From NCBI GenBank assembly GCA_030390025.1, contig CM059433.1, positions 12,588,001 through 12,652,000 of the forward strand: a stretch of DNA of 64,000 bases. Direction: 5' to 3'. Below are positions 11,871 to 25,142 of the stretch, one piece after another. Position 1 is the first letter of the stretch. The number at the start of each line of letters is the position of its first letter. The translations under genes were made by a program, and so were the position numbers. The notes under the pieces are model-generated. The model ran no database searches, was not told the origin of the DNA, and saw only the letters and a list, made by a program, of their open reading frames with translations. The stretch is from Squalus acanthias (taxonomy: Eukaryota).

Positions 11871-12301
11871 ATTATCAGGCAAATTGTGTGTTATAGTGAT
11901 CAAAAGGCCCATTTCCTGCTAATTAAAATGCTACACTGTGATTATCATTAGGTGGCTTAAATTCCCTGCTGCTGACCGCAGTCTGCCATATTGTGCAACT
12001 TGTAAGAACAATTCTTCCATTGAGGGGCCTAACAAGTGACTGCTGCACATTCACTTTCACAGTTACAAGTGCTTGTTGGGTCATCACATCACACCAGACC
12101 CATGTGCGGTTGTACTTATACATTGGTTGGTAAATGGTGGTTGTTAACAGTTGGAGAACATTGTTGCAAATGAAATAAATAAGAGTCCTATCAAATATTT
12201 ACCTGCAGCATCAGAGAGGAATACTGCGCTGTATTTGCACGCAGTGACTCAATCAGTGTAACTGCAGTAATGTTCATTGTGATACGTGTACATTGTAGAA
12301 G

Positions 12302-12496
12302 CTCTCTACCTCTCTCTCTCCTCCTTTAAGACGCCCCTTAGCACCTACCTCTTTGACCAAGCTTTTGGTCATCTGCCCTAATAATTCCTTATGTGGCTCG
12401 GTGTCAAATTTTGTTTGATAACGCTCCTGTGAAGCGCTTTGGGACGTTTCACTATGTTGAACGTGCTATATAAATGCAAGTTGTTGTTGTTGTTGT
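12302..12496 (+). mobile_element. L2 LINE 3' terminal fragment
   Basis: Homologous to 5640-5837 and ends in (TTG)n. Confidence 0.85.
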
Positions 12497-13854
12497 AATT
12501 CACATTATTTCTGAAGTATTTTACATAACCTTTCCACAAGTTTAACGTGATCAAAGTGCTCCTGTGCTGGGATAGTGGTGTTTTGTAGTTTAATTGATTT
12601 TTTTTCTATCTTTTTTAAACTCGCATTTAACTGTAATGGGAAGTGATAGCAGCAGTATGACGCCTGATTGCTGGTGCATCACATGACATGCAACCCGTTA
12701 TAGTTGAAAGCAACCCTGTGAAAAAGTGATTTACACTGGTCTAAAATGTATTTATTTGTTAACCCTGCTGTGATGGTTTTTGATGTATTTGGGATAATAC
12801 TATGAACGTAAGAATGCTACAAAACATGAAATGAGAATAAAGCATTGGGTGATCAAGCCTACTGCTTCCACCAACCATGTACAATCCTTCCTATCATGGA
12901 TTCTATCCAAGCCATTTCATTTCCTGAGGGATAATTCTTCAATGTTTCTTCCTACCACCCCCCCCGAAGGTAAATCAAGCGAAACTCCAGAATGTGTATC
13001 TAACCGTACATTGTGTATTATTCATCCTTGACCAGATACCTTCCTTGGCATATTTCCATAGTTGCAGCTGCTCAGGAACTATCTTGTTCCACACAACCTT
13101 TGGTCATCTCTATCTGTACGTATTCTTAGAACCCTCACTCTTGTCCCAAGCCAGATGTTCATCCATCCCTTTTTAAAGGTGTAAATCATATACATCAATT
13201 CCGAGCACGGGACATTATCAACTAATAGCTACTGGGGAGAGAGTTACAAGGTTGGGACTCAATCAGGGATTCTGGTGACACCATAAATCACGGAAGCACC
13301 AATCGAACAATTTATGAATGTTAGCAGGAGGCTGAGATTGAATCTTTTGCTCCCTTATCAGCAGATAGTATTTTCTGTAATGCTACTAACTGCATTTGAA
13401 CTGGAAAAATTAAACCAGAAGTCTCTTCTGTTCTGATTGTGCTGATGTGTAGAGCAAGTGGTGGTGCGGCGGTGTGTGTCTGTGGGGGTGAGACATTAAT
13501 GGCAGTCGGTAGTGTTGCTGCAGTGCTGAGAGTATCAAAGCTGATCCTAACAGCCCCAAATCAGAATAACATTGTCACATGATTCACAGCATAACTTTTC
13601 GAACAGTTGCTTTCTGAATAATCATCCAATTGATATGTACTGTAATGCTATTAACTATACCTTACTGGCCATACAGAGTAAAATATGACCGAATCCTTTA
13701 TGGCAAAGGAGATTGGTCGTAGTAGGAAGAAAACTTCACAAAATAAGTTGCACTTCACAAAGAAACTGATTCTACTCACAGCAGACTGTAATATCCTACC
13801 TTGCGCTCGTCATTCTTCCATTGATCCCTGGCTGTTGTCTTGTAGTCAACTGAG

Positions 13855-14326
13855 TGTCAGCCAGTGGCTCAGTTGGTAGCACCCTCGCCTCTGAGTCTAG
13901 AAGGTTTTGGGTTCACAGTCCCAACTCCAGGGACTTGAGTACAAAATTCTAGGCTGACACTCCAGTGTAATGCTGCGGGAGTGCTGCACTGTCGGAGGTG
14001 CCGTCTTTTGGATGAGATGTTAAACCAAGGCCCTCTCAGGTAGACGTAAAAAGATCCCCGTGGCCACTATTTCAAAGAAGAGCAGGGAAGTTATCCCTGG
14101 TGTCCTAGCAAATATTTATCCCTCAACCAACATCACTAAAACAGATTATCTGGTCATCATCACATTGCTGTTTGTGGGAGCTTGCTGTGTGCAAATTGGC
14201 TGCTGCGTTTCCTACATTACAACAGTGACTACACTTCAAAAAATACTTCATTGGCTGTAAAGCGCTTTGGGACATCCAGTGGTTGTGAAAGGCGCTATAT
14301 AAATGCAAGTCTTTCTTTCTTTCTTT
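13855..14326 (+). mobile_element. Full-length tRNA-derived SINE of the SacSINE1/Deu-domain type
   Basis: tRNA-like head (GGCTCAGTTGGTAGCA...GGGTTC), central Deu-like body, L2-type 3' tail and (TTTC)n end. Confidence 0.8.
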
Positions 14327-14896
14327 ATCCTGTAGTGTCTTCCTTACTTCAAAGTTAATGGTGAACAGACAGCATGAATCCTGTTCATGCTTACCAGGGT
14401 GAAGGCTACTTTGGCAATAGAATGCGTCATTTGACCTCCAAAGTAAATCCCCCTCACACACAAGCCTTTTCTCTTTTTTCTTGCTTTTTTTCCGTAATCA
14501 ATTTCTTCTCTACCCACTCCACCACCACCACCACCCGCCCCACCCCCGCCCCCATCCTGGGGGAAGAGTTTCATAGGCATCAAATCATCCCCTAGTACCT
14601 TACGCAGATGGCCATTTTCTGTGAGTGAGCCTAGACAGTGAATGTCGACAGGACATTTGGCCAGGTAAGGCATAAAACTATCCCAATTCTGTTCTCACCT
14701 AACGTACTCACATGGACATTTTCTAGCAGAGGTCACTGGATAAAGATCAGGATCAGAAATTCTCTCTTCCCTGAATCACTGAGACTTCTTTGTAGGGCCC
14801 ATACTGCTCCCATACAGTTTAATTTTTATTCCTTTCTTGTGCTTCTTATTTCTTTCTTACATCCATCCATCCTATATATACACAGAGTCGATTCAT

Positions 14897-17800
14897 AAGA
14901 ACATAAGAACATAAGAAATAGGAGCAGGGGTAGATCATTTGACCCCTCGAGCCTGCTCCAGCATTCAATAAGATCATGGCTGATCTTCTACCTCATCTCC
15001 ACTTTCCTGCACTATCCCCATATCCTTTGATTCCCTTAATATTCAAAAATCTATCGATCTCTGTCTTGAATATACTCAATGACTGAGCCTCCACAGCCCT
15101 CTGGGGTAGAGAATTCCAAAGATTCACCACCCTCTGAGTGAAGAAATTTCTCCTCATCTCAGTCCTAAATGGCCGACCCCTTATTCTGAGACTGTGACCC
15201 CCTGGTTCTAGACTCTCCAGCCAGGGGAAACATCCTCCCTGCATCTACCCTGTCAAGCCCTGTAAGAATTTGGTATGTTTCAATGAGATCACCTCTCATT
15301 CTTCTAAACTCTAGAGAATATAGGCCTAGTCTACTCAATCTCTCCTCATAGGACAATCCCCCTATCCCAGGAACCAGTCCGGTGAACCTTTGTTGCACTC
15401 TCTCTATGGCAAGTATATCCTTCCTTAGGTAAGGAGACCAAAACTGTACACAAAATACAGGTGTGGTCTCACCAAGGCCCTATATAATTGCAGTAAGTCG
15501 TCTTTACTCTTAAACTCAAATCCTCTTGTAATAAAGGCCAACATACCATTTGCTTTCTTAATTGCTTGCTGTATCTGCATGATATCTTTCAGTGATTCGT
15601 GTACAAGGACACCCAGGTCCCTCTGAACACCAACATTTCCCAATCTCTCACCATTTAAAAAATACTCTGCTTTTCTATTTTTCCTACCAAAGTGGAAAAC
15701 TTCACATTTCTCCACATTATATTCCATTTGCCATGTTCTACAAGGGCAGAACGGTGGCATAGTGGTTAGCACTGTTGCCTCACAGCACCAAGGACCCGGG
15801 TTCGAATCCGGCCCCGGGTGACTGTCTGTGTGGAGTTTGCACATTCTCCCCGTGTCTGCGTGGGTTTCCTCCGGGTGCTCCGGTTTCCTCCCACAGTCCA
15901 AAGATGTGCGGGTTAGGTTGATTTGGCTATGATAAATTGACCCTTAGTGTTAGGGGGATTAAATACGTGGGGTTACGGGGATAGGGTGGGATATGTGTCG
16001 GTGCAGGCTCGATGGGCCGAAATGGCCTCTATCTGCATTGTGGGGATTCTGTAATTCTTGCCCATTCACTTAGCCTGTTTATGCCTCCTTGCATCCTCCT
16101 CACAACTTACATTCCCACCCAGCTTTGTATCATCAACAAACTTGGATATATTACATTTGGTCCCCTCATCCAAATCATTGATGTAAATTGTGAATAGCTG
16201 AGGCCCAAGCACTGATCCTTGCTTTTACAATCTGTTTTTATGTCTCTTGCTAGTTTACTCTCATATTCTATTTTCCCTTTCTTTATCAATTTCTTGGCCC
16301 TCCTTTGCTGAATTCTAAAATCCTCCCACTAGTTACAGCCTGCCAACCCGAAAATGACCCGTTTATTCCTACTCTCTGTTTTCTGTCCGTTAACCAATCC
16401 TCAATCCATGCGAGTATATTACCCCCAATCCCATGAGCCCTAATTTTGTTTAATAACCTCTTGTGTGGCACCTTATCGAATGCCTTCTGAAAATCCAAAT
16501 ACACCACATCCACTGGTTCCCCCTTATCTTTTCTGCTAGTTACCACCTCAAAAAATTCTAACAGATTGGTCAAACACGATTTCCCTTTCCTAAATCCGTG
16601 TTGACTCTGCCCAATCCTATTATTATTTTCTAAGTGCCCTGTTACCACATCCTTAATAATAGATTCTAACATTTTCCCAACTACTGATGTCAGGCTAACT
16701 GGTCTGTAGTTCCCCATTTTCTCTCTCCCTCCTTTCTTAAATAGTGGGGTTACATTTGCTACCTTCCAATCCACAGAAACCGTTCTAGAATCTATGGAAT
16801 TTTGGAAAATGATAACCAATGCATCCACTATCTCTATAGCCACCTCTTTCAAAACCCTAGGATGTAGGCCATCAGGTCCAGGAGATTTATCAGCTTTCAG
16901 TCCCATTAATTTCTCCAGCACTATTTTTTTACTAATACTAACTTCTTTCAGTTCCTCATTCTCGCTAGAGCCTTGGTTCTCCATTACTTCCGGGAAGATT
17001 TTTGCGTCTTCTTCCGTGAAGACAGACACAAAGTATTTCTTTAATTTCTCTGCCATTTTCTTATACCCCATTATAGTTTCTCCTGTCTCAGCCTGTAAGG
17101 GACCCATGTTTACTTTTGCTAATCTTTTCCTTTTTACATACCTATAGAAGCTTTTACAATCTGTTTTTATGTCTCTTGCTAGTTTACTCTCATATTCTAT
17201 TTTCCCTTTCTTTATCAATTTCTTGGTCCTCCTTTGCTGAATTCTAAAATCCTCCCAATCCTGTCTTATTACTCCTTTTGACAACATTATAAGCCTCTTC
17301 CTTTGATCTAATACTATCTTTAACTTCTCTTGTTAGCCACGGTTGGACCACTTTTCCTGTGGAGTTTTTGTGCCTTAAAGGAATGTATATTTGTTGTAAA
17401 TTATGTATTAATTCTTTAAATGCTAGCCACTGCTTGTCTACCATCAAACCTTTTAATATAGTTTCCCAATCTACCATAGCCAACTCACCCTCATAACTAG
17501 GTAGTTTGCTTTGTTTAGATTTAAGACTCTAGTTTCGGATTTAACTGAATCACTTTCAAACTCAATGTAAAATTCTATCATATTATGGTCACTCTTCCCT
17601 AAAGGCCCCTTCACTACAAGGTTATTAATTTACCCTTTCTCATTGCACAATACTAGATCTAAAATAGCCTGTTCTGTAGTTGGTTCCTCAAAATACTGAT
17701 CTAGTAAACTATCTTGCATACATTCCATGAATTCGTCCTCTACACTATTACTGCAAATTTGGTTTGCCCAGTCTATATGTAGATTAAAGTCCCCCATGAT

Positions 17801-19380
17801 TACTGTATTACCCTTGTTACATGCGCCTCTAATTTCCTGATTTATACTCTGCCCTACATTACAACTACTGTTTGGGGGCCAAGAAACAACTCCCACCAAT
17901 GTTTTCTGCCACTTGCTGTTTCTTAGCTTTACCCAAATTGATTCTACTTCTTGATTTTCAGAGCTAAGATCCTTTCTCTCTACTGTCTTTATCCCATCCT
18001 TTATTATCAGTGCTACCCCTCCTCCTTTTTCATTTTGCCTATCTCTTCTAAAAGTTAAGTATCCTGGAATATTTAGTTCTCAACCTTGGCCACTTTGCAA
18101 CCACATCTCCATTATGGCTGTTAGATGAAACCTATTAATTTCTATCTGTGCTATTAATTCATCTATTTTGTTGCGATTGCTTCGCGCTTTCAGATATAGT
18201 GCCTTTAGCTTTGACTTATTTCTATTTTTCCCTGATGTCACCTTAGTCACTGATGCCTTATTACCTTTGTTACTCTCTCTGTCCCTTCCTGACCCACTCT
18301 GCTTATTTTTAGCCAAAACTCTACTCTGCTCTACAGCCTTGACATTTCTTCCGCTGCTTTTAAATTTACTCTTTCCTGAATCCTCCCACCCTCCCTTCAT
18401 TAGTTTAAAGCCCTGTCTACTGCCCTAGTTATTCGGTTCGCCAGGACACTGGTCCCAGCCCGGTTTAAGTGGAGCCCGTCCCAACGGAACAGCTCCCACT
18501 TTCCCCAGTAGTGGTGCCAGTGCCCCATGAACTGAAACCCCTTCCTCCCACACCACTCTTTGAGCCACGCATTTAAACGTCTAATCTGTTTGTCCCTATG
18601 CCAATTTGCACGTGGCTCAGGTAACAATTCAGAGATTATTACCTTTGAGGTTCCGCTTTTTAATTTGGATCCTAGCTCCTCAAACTCCCTCAGCAGAACC
18701 TCATTCCTAGTTCTACCTATGTCGTTGATTCCTACATGGACCACGACCACTGGATCCTCCCCCTCCCACTCCAAGTTCTTCTCCAACCGTGAGGAGATAT
18801 CTTTAACCCTGGCACCGGGCAGGCAACACAACCTTCAGAACTCTCAGTCGCGGCTGCACAGAACAGTATCTATCCCCCTGACTATACTGTCCCCTACCAT
18901 AACTACATTCCCTTTCACTCCCCCCACTTGAATGGCCTCCTGCACCATGGTGGCATGGGCAGCTTGCTCATCCATTCTGCTAGCTTTTCCCTCATCCACA
19001 CAGGCAGCAAGAACCTCATACCTGTTGGACAAGGGCAAAGGCTGAGCCTCCTCCAGCACTGCACCTGGGGTCCCCTTACCTGCCTGGGTTGCAGTCACAC
19101 CTTCCTGTCCCTGACCACTAAACAGACCTCTACCACTACCTAACCTAAGGGGAGTGACTGCCTCCTGGATCAAAGTGTCCAGTTAACTCTCCCCATCCCT
19201 GATGCCCCACAATGTCTGCACCTCAGACTCCAGCTCAAAAACTCTGAGCTGAAGTTCCTCAAGATGCAGGCACTTACTGCAAACGTGCTTGTCCGGGATC
19301 ACAATGCTCTCCACAAACTCCCACATGCTGCAGTTGCGGCACACCACCTGCACTGCCATCCCTATATGCCATCTAATCAT
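14897..19380 (-). mobile_element. Near full-length, inactivated CR1 LINE (ORF1 zinc finger plus SGNH esterase; ORF2 APE endonuclease plus RT)
   Basis: ORF1: CRNCSMWEF..HVCSKC (19183-19380), VMVGDSIVRG, VHVGINDI and DGLHLN (18400-19173). ORF2: endonuclease MGDFN (17630-17899), RT KSPGPDG/NYRPVSLTS/YLDFQKAFDKV (16286-17287) and C-terminus (14993-15700). It has a (GTTCTTAT)n tail and several frameshifts. Confidence 0.95.
15740..16054 (+). mobile_element. HE1-type V-SINE inserted into the CR1
   Basis: tRNA-like A/B boxes (GGTGGCATAGTGG; GGTTCGAATCC), V-domain GTGTGGAGTTTGCACATTCTCCCCGTGTCTGCGTGGGTTTCCTCC and a CR1-like tail. CR1 sequence resumes on both sides. Confidence 0.9.
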
Positions 19381-19579
19381 CGCCCTAAACCGTACCTGTT
19401 TTTCATCCCTTCATTGTTTCTTTCCTCATCTGTTGATACTTCTTAATCATGCTCATTAATATAGGAGAAGCTACACTACGAGGCACGTAAATAGATTCAC
19501 CCACCCACTTGTTTCGTGCGTAATGAGTATTGCTATTTATACTTGCATTTTCCCCTATTGGATTCTTTCCTGCAGCAAA

Positions 19580-20475
19580 ACTAGTCCACTGTATCAATAG
19601 TATCCATTGTATCAGTCAAAGTGTTCCTAAGGGAAGCTAAGCCTAAGCTTGGGACCTCAGTTTGAAGGTGGGGTGGGGTGGGGTGGGGTTCATTACAGAG
19701 GGCCCAGGAGGAGCCACATTTCCCATATAACACTGCACAGATATGGATGGTGGACTTTTCCAGGGACGCCCTCATTCTGTACCGTCTGTTTGGCAGACTC
19801 TCAAATGACTCCTTGAAGCTGTAATGTGCAGCCACCGAAGAATGTTTGGTGAGGTCCAAATCTCCAGGTTCAACAGTTGATGGAGACCTCGAGCTGGCCC
19901 GTTCACAATTCCATCTGTTTTTCTTCTCCTCACTTATCCTTTGTGTTTCACCCAAGTACTCCCTCCTGCAACTAGTTAATGGATAGCTGGTGCTTGGTTG
20001 AAGCTGTAGACTTAGCTCAGCCACCTCCTCCTCCCGTACCTGGAGGAACGTCTTAAAACATGCTTATAATTCTTGCAGTCAGGCACCCCTTGAAACACGG
20101 TGAAATACTGCACTGTGTTACACTGAAATGCTGTGTTTTAGGTCAATGCGTGAAGAACTGAATAAATAAGGAAATAAGAAAGGAAAAGTGAAGCCAGACC
20201 CTCTTCCCTCCATGAAATTGTGGGAGGGTTCTAATTTCACCCTCCCTCACTCCCTTGATTGCCCCCTTGCCCATAATCTTGATGGCTTTCCTCAGAAGGA
20301 GTCAGGGGTCATCGGCTTGGCAACCCTCTCCTGTCTGCAGTTGCGTGCTCTGTCACCTCCATTCATGCTGTCCTGCTGTATTTTTAATAGCAGGGTCGCC
20401 CTCTCCACCAATAGAGCCACCCTTCATTGCACGACTTTCTGCAACAGGACCTCTGGCACCTGCTCACTGAATGGG
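19580..20475 (-). pseudogene. Decayed Myb/SANT-like Harbinger ORF remnant
   Basis: Minus strand near 20470-20330 reads FSEQVPEVLLQKV... and, in a shifted frame, AWMEVTEH. The downstream low-complexity ORF 19581-20024 may be its C-terminal part. Confidence 0.4.
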
Positions 20476-20486
20476 GTTGTTCTGAT

Positions 20487-20876
20487 CATAGAAACATAGA
20501 AAAATTGGAGCAGGAGTAGGCCATTTGGCCCTTCGAGCCTGCTCCTCCATTCAATATGATCATGGCTGATCCTCTATCTCAATACCATATTCCCGCTCTC
20601 TCCCCATACCCCTTGACGCCTTTTGCGTCTAGAAATCTATCTATCTCCTTCTTAAATATATTCAGTGACGTGGCCTCCACAGCCTTCTGTGGTAGAGAAT
20701 TCCACAGGTTCACCACCCTCTGAGTGAAGAAATTTCTCCTCATCTCAGTCCTAAATGTCCTACCCCATATCCTGAGACTGTGACCCCTCGTTCTAGACCC
20801 CCAGCCAGGGGAAACATCCTCCCTGCATCCAGTCTGTCTAGCCCTGTCAGAATTTTATACGTTTCAATGAGATCCT
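20487..20876 (-). mobile_element. CR1 LINE 3' fragment
   Basis: CR1 3' UTR hairpin region, (TTTCTATG)n tail and ORF2 C-terminal sequence. Confidence 0.92.
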
Positions 20877-21110
20877 AACTGTTTATTCAGCAAAGAAAAA
20901 AATCACAGTTCACTCTTATGGGCAGCCAGCAGCCTCTTTGGAGCTGTTGGAACAGGAAACTCCACCCCTGAACTTGGCCAACTCCCAGTGCATCATGCGC
21001 AATGCGCCTGGAGTGACTTGGAATTATGTAAATGAGCTGACTTCACATTATGGGGCAAGGTCAGCACACTCAGGCACAGGTACAGCCAGCACCTCGCATG
21101 CAGCGGTCTC

Positions 21111-22191
21111 ATAAGCAAAGAGTAGGAATTAATGGGTCTTTTTCCGAGTGGCAAGCAGTGACTAGTGGGGTACCGCAGGGATCGGTCCTTGGACCCCAAC
21201 TATTCACAATATACATTGATGATCTAGATAAGGGAACTAAATGTAATATCTCCAAGTTTGCAGATGACACAAAGCTGGGTGGGAGTGTGTGCTGCGAGGA
21301 GGATACCGAGAAACTCCAGGATGATTTGGACAGGTTGGGTGAGTGGGCAGAAGCGTGGCAGATGCAATATAACGTGGATAAATGCGAGGTTATCCACTTT
21401 GGTGTCAAAAACAGAAAGGCAGACTATTATCTGAATGGCAATAGATTGGGAGAAGGGGAAGTGCAACGAGACCTGGGTGTCCTTGTGCACCAGTCGCTGA
21501 AAGTAAGCATGCAGGTGCAGCAGGCGGTGAAGAAGGCAAATGGTATGTTGGCCTTCATAGCGAAAGGGTTTGAGTATAGGAACAGGGATGTCCTGCTGCA
21601 GTTGTACAGGGCCTTGGTGAGACCACAGCTTGAGTATTGTGTGCAGTTTTGGTCGCCTTATCTGAGGAAGGATGTTCTTGCCATGGAGGGAGTTCAGCGA
21701 AGATTCACAAGGCTGATACCTGGGATGGCAGGAATGACATATGAGGAGAGATTGGGTCGATTGGGCTTATACTCGCTGGAGTGTAGAAGAATGAGAGGGG
21801 ATCTCATCGAAACATATAAAATTCTGACAGGTCTGGACAAACTAGATGCAGGAAGAATGTTCCCGATGGTCGGAGAGTCCAGAACCAGGGGTCATAATCT
21901 AAGGATAAGGGGTAAGCCATTTAGGACAGGAATGAGGAGGAATTTCTTCACCCAGAGAGTGGTGAACCTGTGGAATTCTCTACCACAAAAGGTAGTTGAT
22001 GCCAAGTCATTAAATATATTCAAGAATGAGTTAGATATATTTCTTAAAGCTAAAGGTATCAAGGGATATGGGGAGAAGGCAGGTACAGGGTACTGAGTTT
22101 GGATGATCAGCCATGATCTCATCGAATGGCGGAGCAGGCTCGAGGGGCCGAATGGCCTACTCCTGCTCCTATCTTCTATGTTTCTATGTTT
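21111..22191 (+). mobile_element. 5'-truncated CR1 LINE with uninterrupted RT C-terminal half
   Basis: ORF 21050-22096: [33 protein letters not shown] through to the natural stop, followed by the 3' UTR and tail. Confidence 0.97.
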
Positions 22192-22882
22192 CATACTAAC
22201 AGCTTCAGAGTATGATTGCCCGCCCCCCACCCTGCCAAGGAACATGGGGACAAAGTCCTTTCATTGGCAGCTCAGAGCAATAATTTCAACCATTGTCCTC
22301 AGCAACCAGGCTATGGCAACCCTGCAATCAAATTCAAAAAATGTTTGTCAAAAATAGCAAACTTGTATGACATTCTTATGAATCTACAGTAATACTTCAG
22401 CTATTTCCTTTTCATCAGAACTTCAGTGAACTGTAGACTTCTTTGGTCGAGCATACCTATATGCATGCATAGCATCAGTAGATAATAGATTGGGCATAAA
22501 CATTGGCCAAAATTGATATTTGGTTGTAAATGGATTCTATTGTATGACTGGTGCTGCTTTGCAATAGAATAGCTACTGCAGTAGTATGTAAAGTGTAGTG
22601 TTGAAGTATTGATATCATTCTGAAAATAATAACGCTTAATTTTATATAGCTTAATGTAGCTGTGACTTTTGATATTGCTCATTTTAAAGTGGAAGGGACC
22701 CCGATAAACATATTGAAGGGGCCTAACACCAGTTTCAGTTGGATGCCTTGGACACTATTGGAAATTTCCATCTTCCAATTTGGCAACTGGCACACTTCCG
22801 GAGGAGATTGCGCCGGGAACTTTCTCTTCCTTTCCCTTTCTTTAGATGCTCCTCACAGCAGCGTGGCTAAATTTGGGAACTC

Positions 22883-22961
22883 AACATGTGGAGCATTGAA
22901 CATGTGGAGCACTGAACATGTGGAGCACTGAACATGTGGAGCATTGCAGATGTGAGCACTG
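22883..22961. repeat. 16-bp tandem repeat, ~5 copies
   Basis: AACATGTGGAGCA(T/C)TG x4 plus one degenerate copy. Confidence 0.9.
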
Positions 22962-23614
22962 TGCTACCACTTCAAATTGCACCACGGTTGCATTCACTGG
23001 CGTCAAATTTTTGAGTACGTTATGATAGCTGGGAACCTCGCCCAGTGACCGCATGCGCTCCGAAAATTTACCGCATTGTGCTGCAACACCAGCCATTTTT
23101 CATTGAGTGAATTTGCAATTGGACTTAAATTTCCCACCATGTTAACTTTGCATGTGATGCAAAAGTAGCGGCAGAGGCTCAACCTTTCATCATTCACGTC
23201 CACTTCAGTTAGTAAGCATTTATTGTTGCTGCTTTGAAACATTTTCCTTGGTGAAACTTCTAACTAAGGTTTAGGATGTCAGTGCTGGGGAATGGAACCT
23301 TTTGTCACTTTTGCCAGCCAGTGTCAGCATTAAAGATCCTCAGGTTAAAATCTCTCTTACCTGCCAAAGCAATGTTTCTAAGCCCCAATCTCAAAATAGT
23401 ATCTCAACATTACCAGTGTGTATGTTTCCAAGGATCTGGCAGAGACCCAGTACAACCATTCCGTGCCATTTTCTGGTGGGCTGCCACTGGTGTTATGGCA
23501 AGATACTACCAAAATTCATTGGGGCCTTTGTACGCGTGCATCCCTCCTTCTCTCACTGGCAGCTGTTAGCAATCACAATATTTACTTTTTCTAACTCTCA
23601 ACATAACAGGTGAT

Positions 23615-23883
23615 AATCAGGTAAGAACCAAAGGTGACATGAGGAAAAACCTTTTTATGCAGCGAGTGGTTATGATCTGGAACGCACTGCCTGAACAGGT
23701 GGTGGAGGCAGATTTAATCGTGGCTTTCAAAAGGGAATTGGATAAGTACCTGAAGGAAAAAGATTTGCAGGGCTACGGGGAAAGGGTGGGGGAGTGGGAC
23801 TAGCTGAAGTGCTCTTGCAGAGAGCCGGCACGGGCTCGACGGGCCAATTGGCCTCCTTCTGTGCTGTAACCATTCTATGATTC
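23615..23883 (+). mobile_element. CR1 LINE 3' fragment
   Basis: ATCTGGAACGCACTGCCTGAA (IWNALPE), 3' UTR and ATTCTATGATTC tail. Confidence 0.9.
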
Positions 23884-23964
23884 AGTGCTGCCGTTTCCCT
23901 TTTAAGCTGCCGCAGGTTTTATTTCCTGCTCCTGGACCCCAGATTTCTGTCTCTCCCAATTCAA

Positions 23965-24250
23965 TGTGGCCTTTGGATCTTCTGCCAATCACCTTAAATC
24001 TGTGTCCTCTGGTTCTCAACCCTTCCGCCAATGGGAACATTTTCTCTCTATCCTTCATGATTTTGAACACCTCTAATAAAAACTCTTCTCAATCTTCACT
24101 GCTCTAAGGATAACAACCCCAGCTTCTCCAGGCTATCCACGTAACTGAAGTCCCTCATCCCTGGAACCATTCTCGTAAATCTTTTCTGCACCCTCTCTAA
24201 AGCCTTTGCATCCTTCCTAAAGTGCGGTGCCCAGAATTGGACACAATATT
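23965..24250 (-). mobile_element. CR1 LINE ORF2 fragment
   Basis: ORF 23882-24070 MFPLAEGLRTRGHRFKVIG, with upstream QFWAPHFRKD. Confidence 0.85.
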
Positions 24251-25025
24251 GCACACTACAGGAACAACAATGACAACTTGCATTTATATAGCACCTTTAA
24301 CAGAGTAAAATGTCCCTAGGCGCGTCACATGAGCATTATCAAACAAAATTTGACACTAAGTCCCATGTTAAGACAGATTGGTCAAAGAGGTAGGTTTTAA
24401 GGAGCGTCTTGAAGGAGGAAAGAGAGATAGAGTGGCGGAGAGGTTTACGGAGGAAATTCCACAGCTTTGGGCCTAGGCAGCTGCAAGCACGATCACCAAG
24501 GCTGGAGCGAGTAAAACTGGGGATGCACTAGAGGTCAGAATTGGAGGAGCACAGAGGTCTCGGAGGGTTGTAGGGCTGGAGGAGTGGACAGAGATAGGGA
24601 GGGGCGAGGCCATGGAACGATTTGAAAACAAGGATGAGAATTTTAAAATCGAGTCGTTGCTCAACTGGGAGCCAATGTAGGTCAGCGAGCACAGGGGTGA
24701 TGAGTGAACGGGACTTGGTGAGAGCTAGGATATGGGCAGCCGAGTTTTGGATGAGTTTAAGTTTATGGAGGGTGGAAGATGGGAGGTGGGCCAGGAGTGT
24801 GTTGGAATAGTCAAGTCCAAAGGTAACAAAGACACGGATGAGGGTTTCAGCAGCAGAGGAGCTGAGGCAGGGGCGGAGTCGGGCGATGTTGCGGAGGTGG
24901 AAGTAGGCGGTCTTGATGATGGAGCGGATATGTGGTCGGCAGCTCATCTCGGGGTCAAGTACGACACCAAGGCTGCGAACAGTCTGGTTCAACCTCAGGC
25001 AGTGGGATAGAGTCGGTGGCTAGGG

Positions 25026-25142
25026 AACATAGAAAAAACATAGAAAAACATAGAAAAATAGGAGCAGGAGTCGGCCATTCGGCCCTTCGAGCCTGCTCCG
25101 CCATTCAATATGATCATGGCTGATCCTCTATCTCAATATTCC
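25026..25142 (-). mobile_element. CR1 extreme 3' end
   Basis: Repeated AACATAGAAAA tail plus the 3' UTR hairpin. Confidence 0.85.

Noticed and set aside
15744..15815. tRNA gene
   Set aside because: The A/B boxes continue into the V-domain and LINE tail, so this is a SINE head. The same holds for 13855 and 47685, and the head at 43775 runs into a LINE.
21050..22096. 348-aa ORF as a host or domesticated gene
   Set aside because: It is the 3' half of CR1 ORF2 with its UTR and tail. The first ~20 codons are read-in from flanking DNA, and the endonuclease and early RT motifs are missing.
22883..22961. Short direct repeats as a CRISPR-like array
   Set aside because: Head-to-tail tandem units without unique spacers, in a vertebrate context with no cas genes. 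The same applies to 57923-58047.
23230..23560. Possible hAT dimerisation-domain remnant on the minus strand
   Set aside because: Only a vague resemblance across several frame changes, which cannot be supported without an HMM search.
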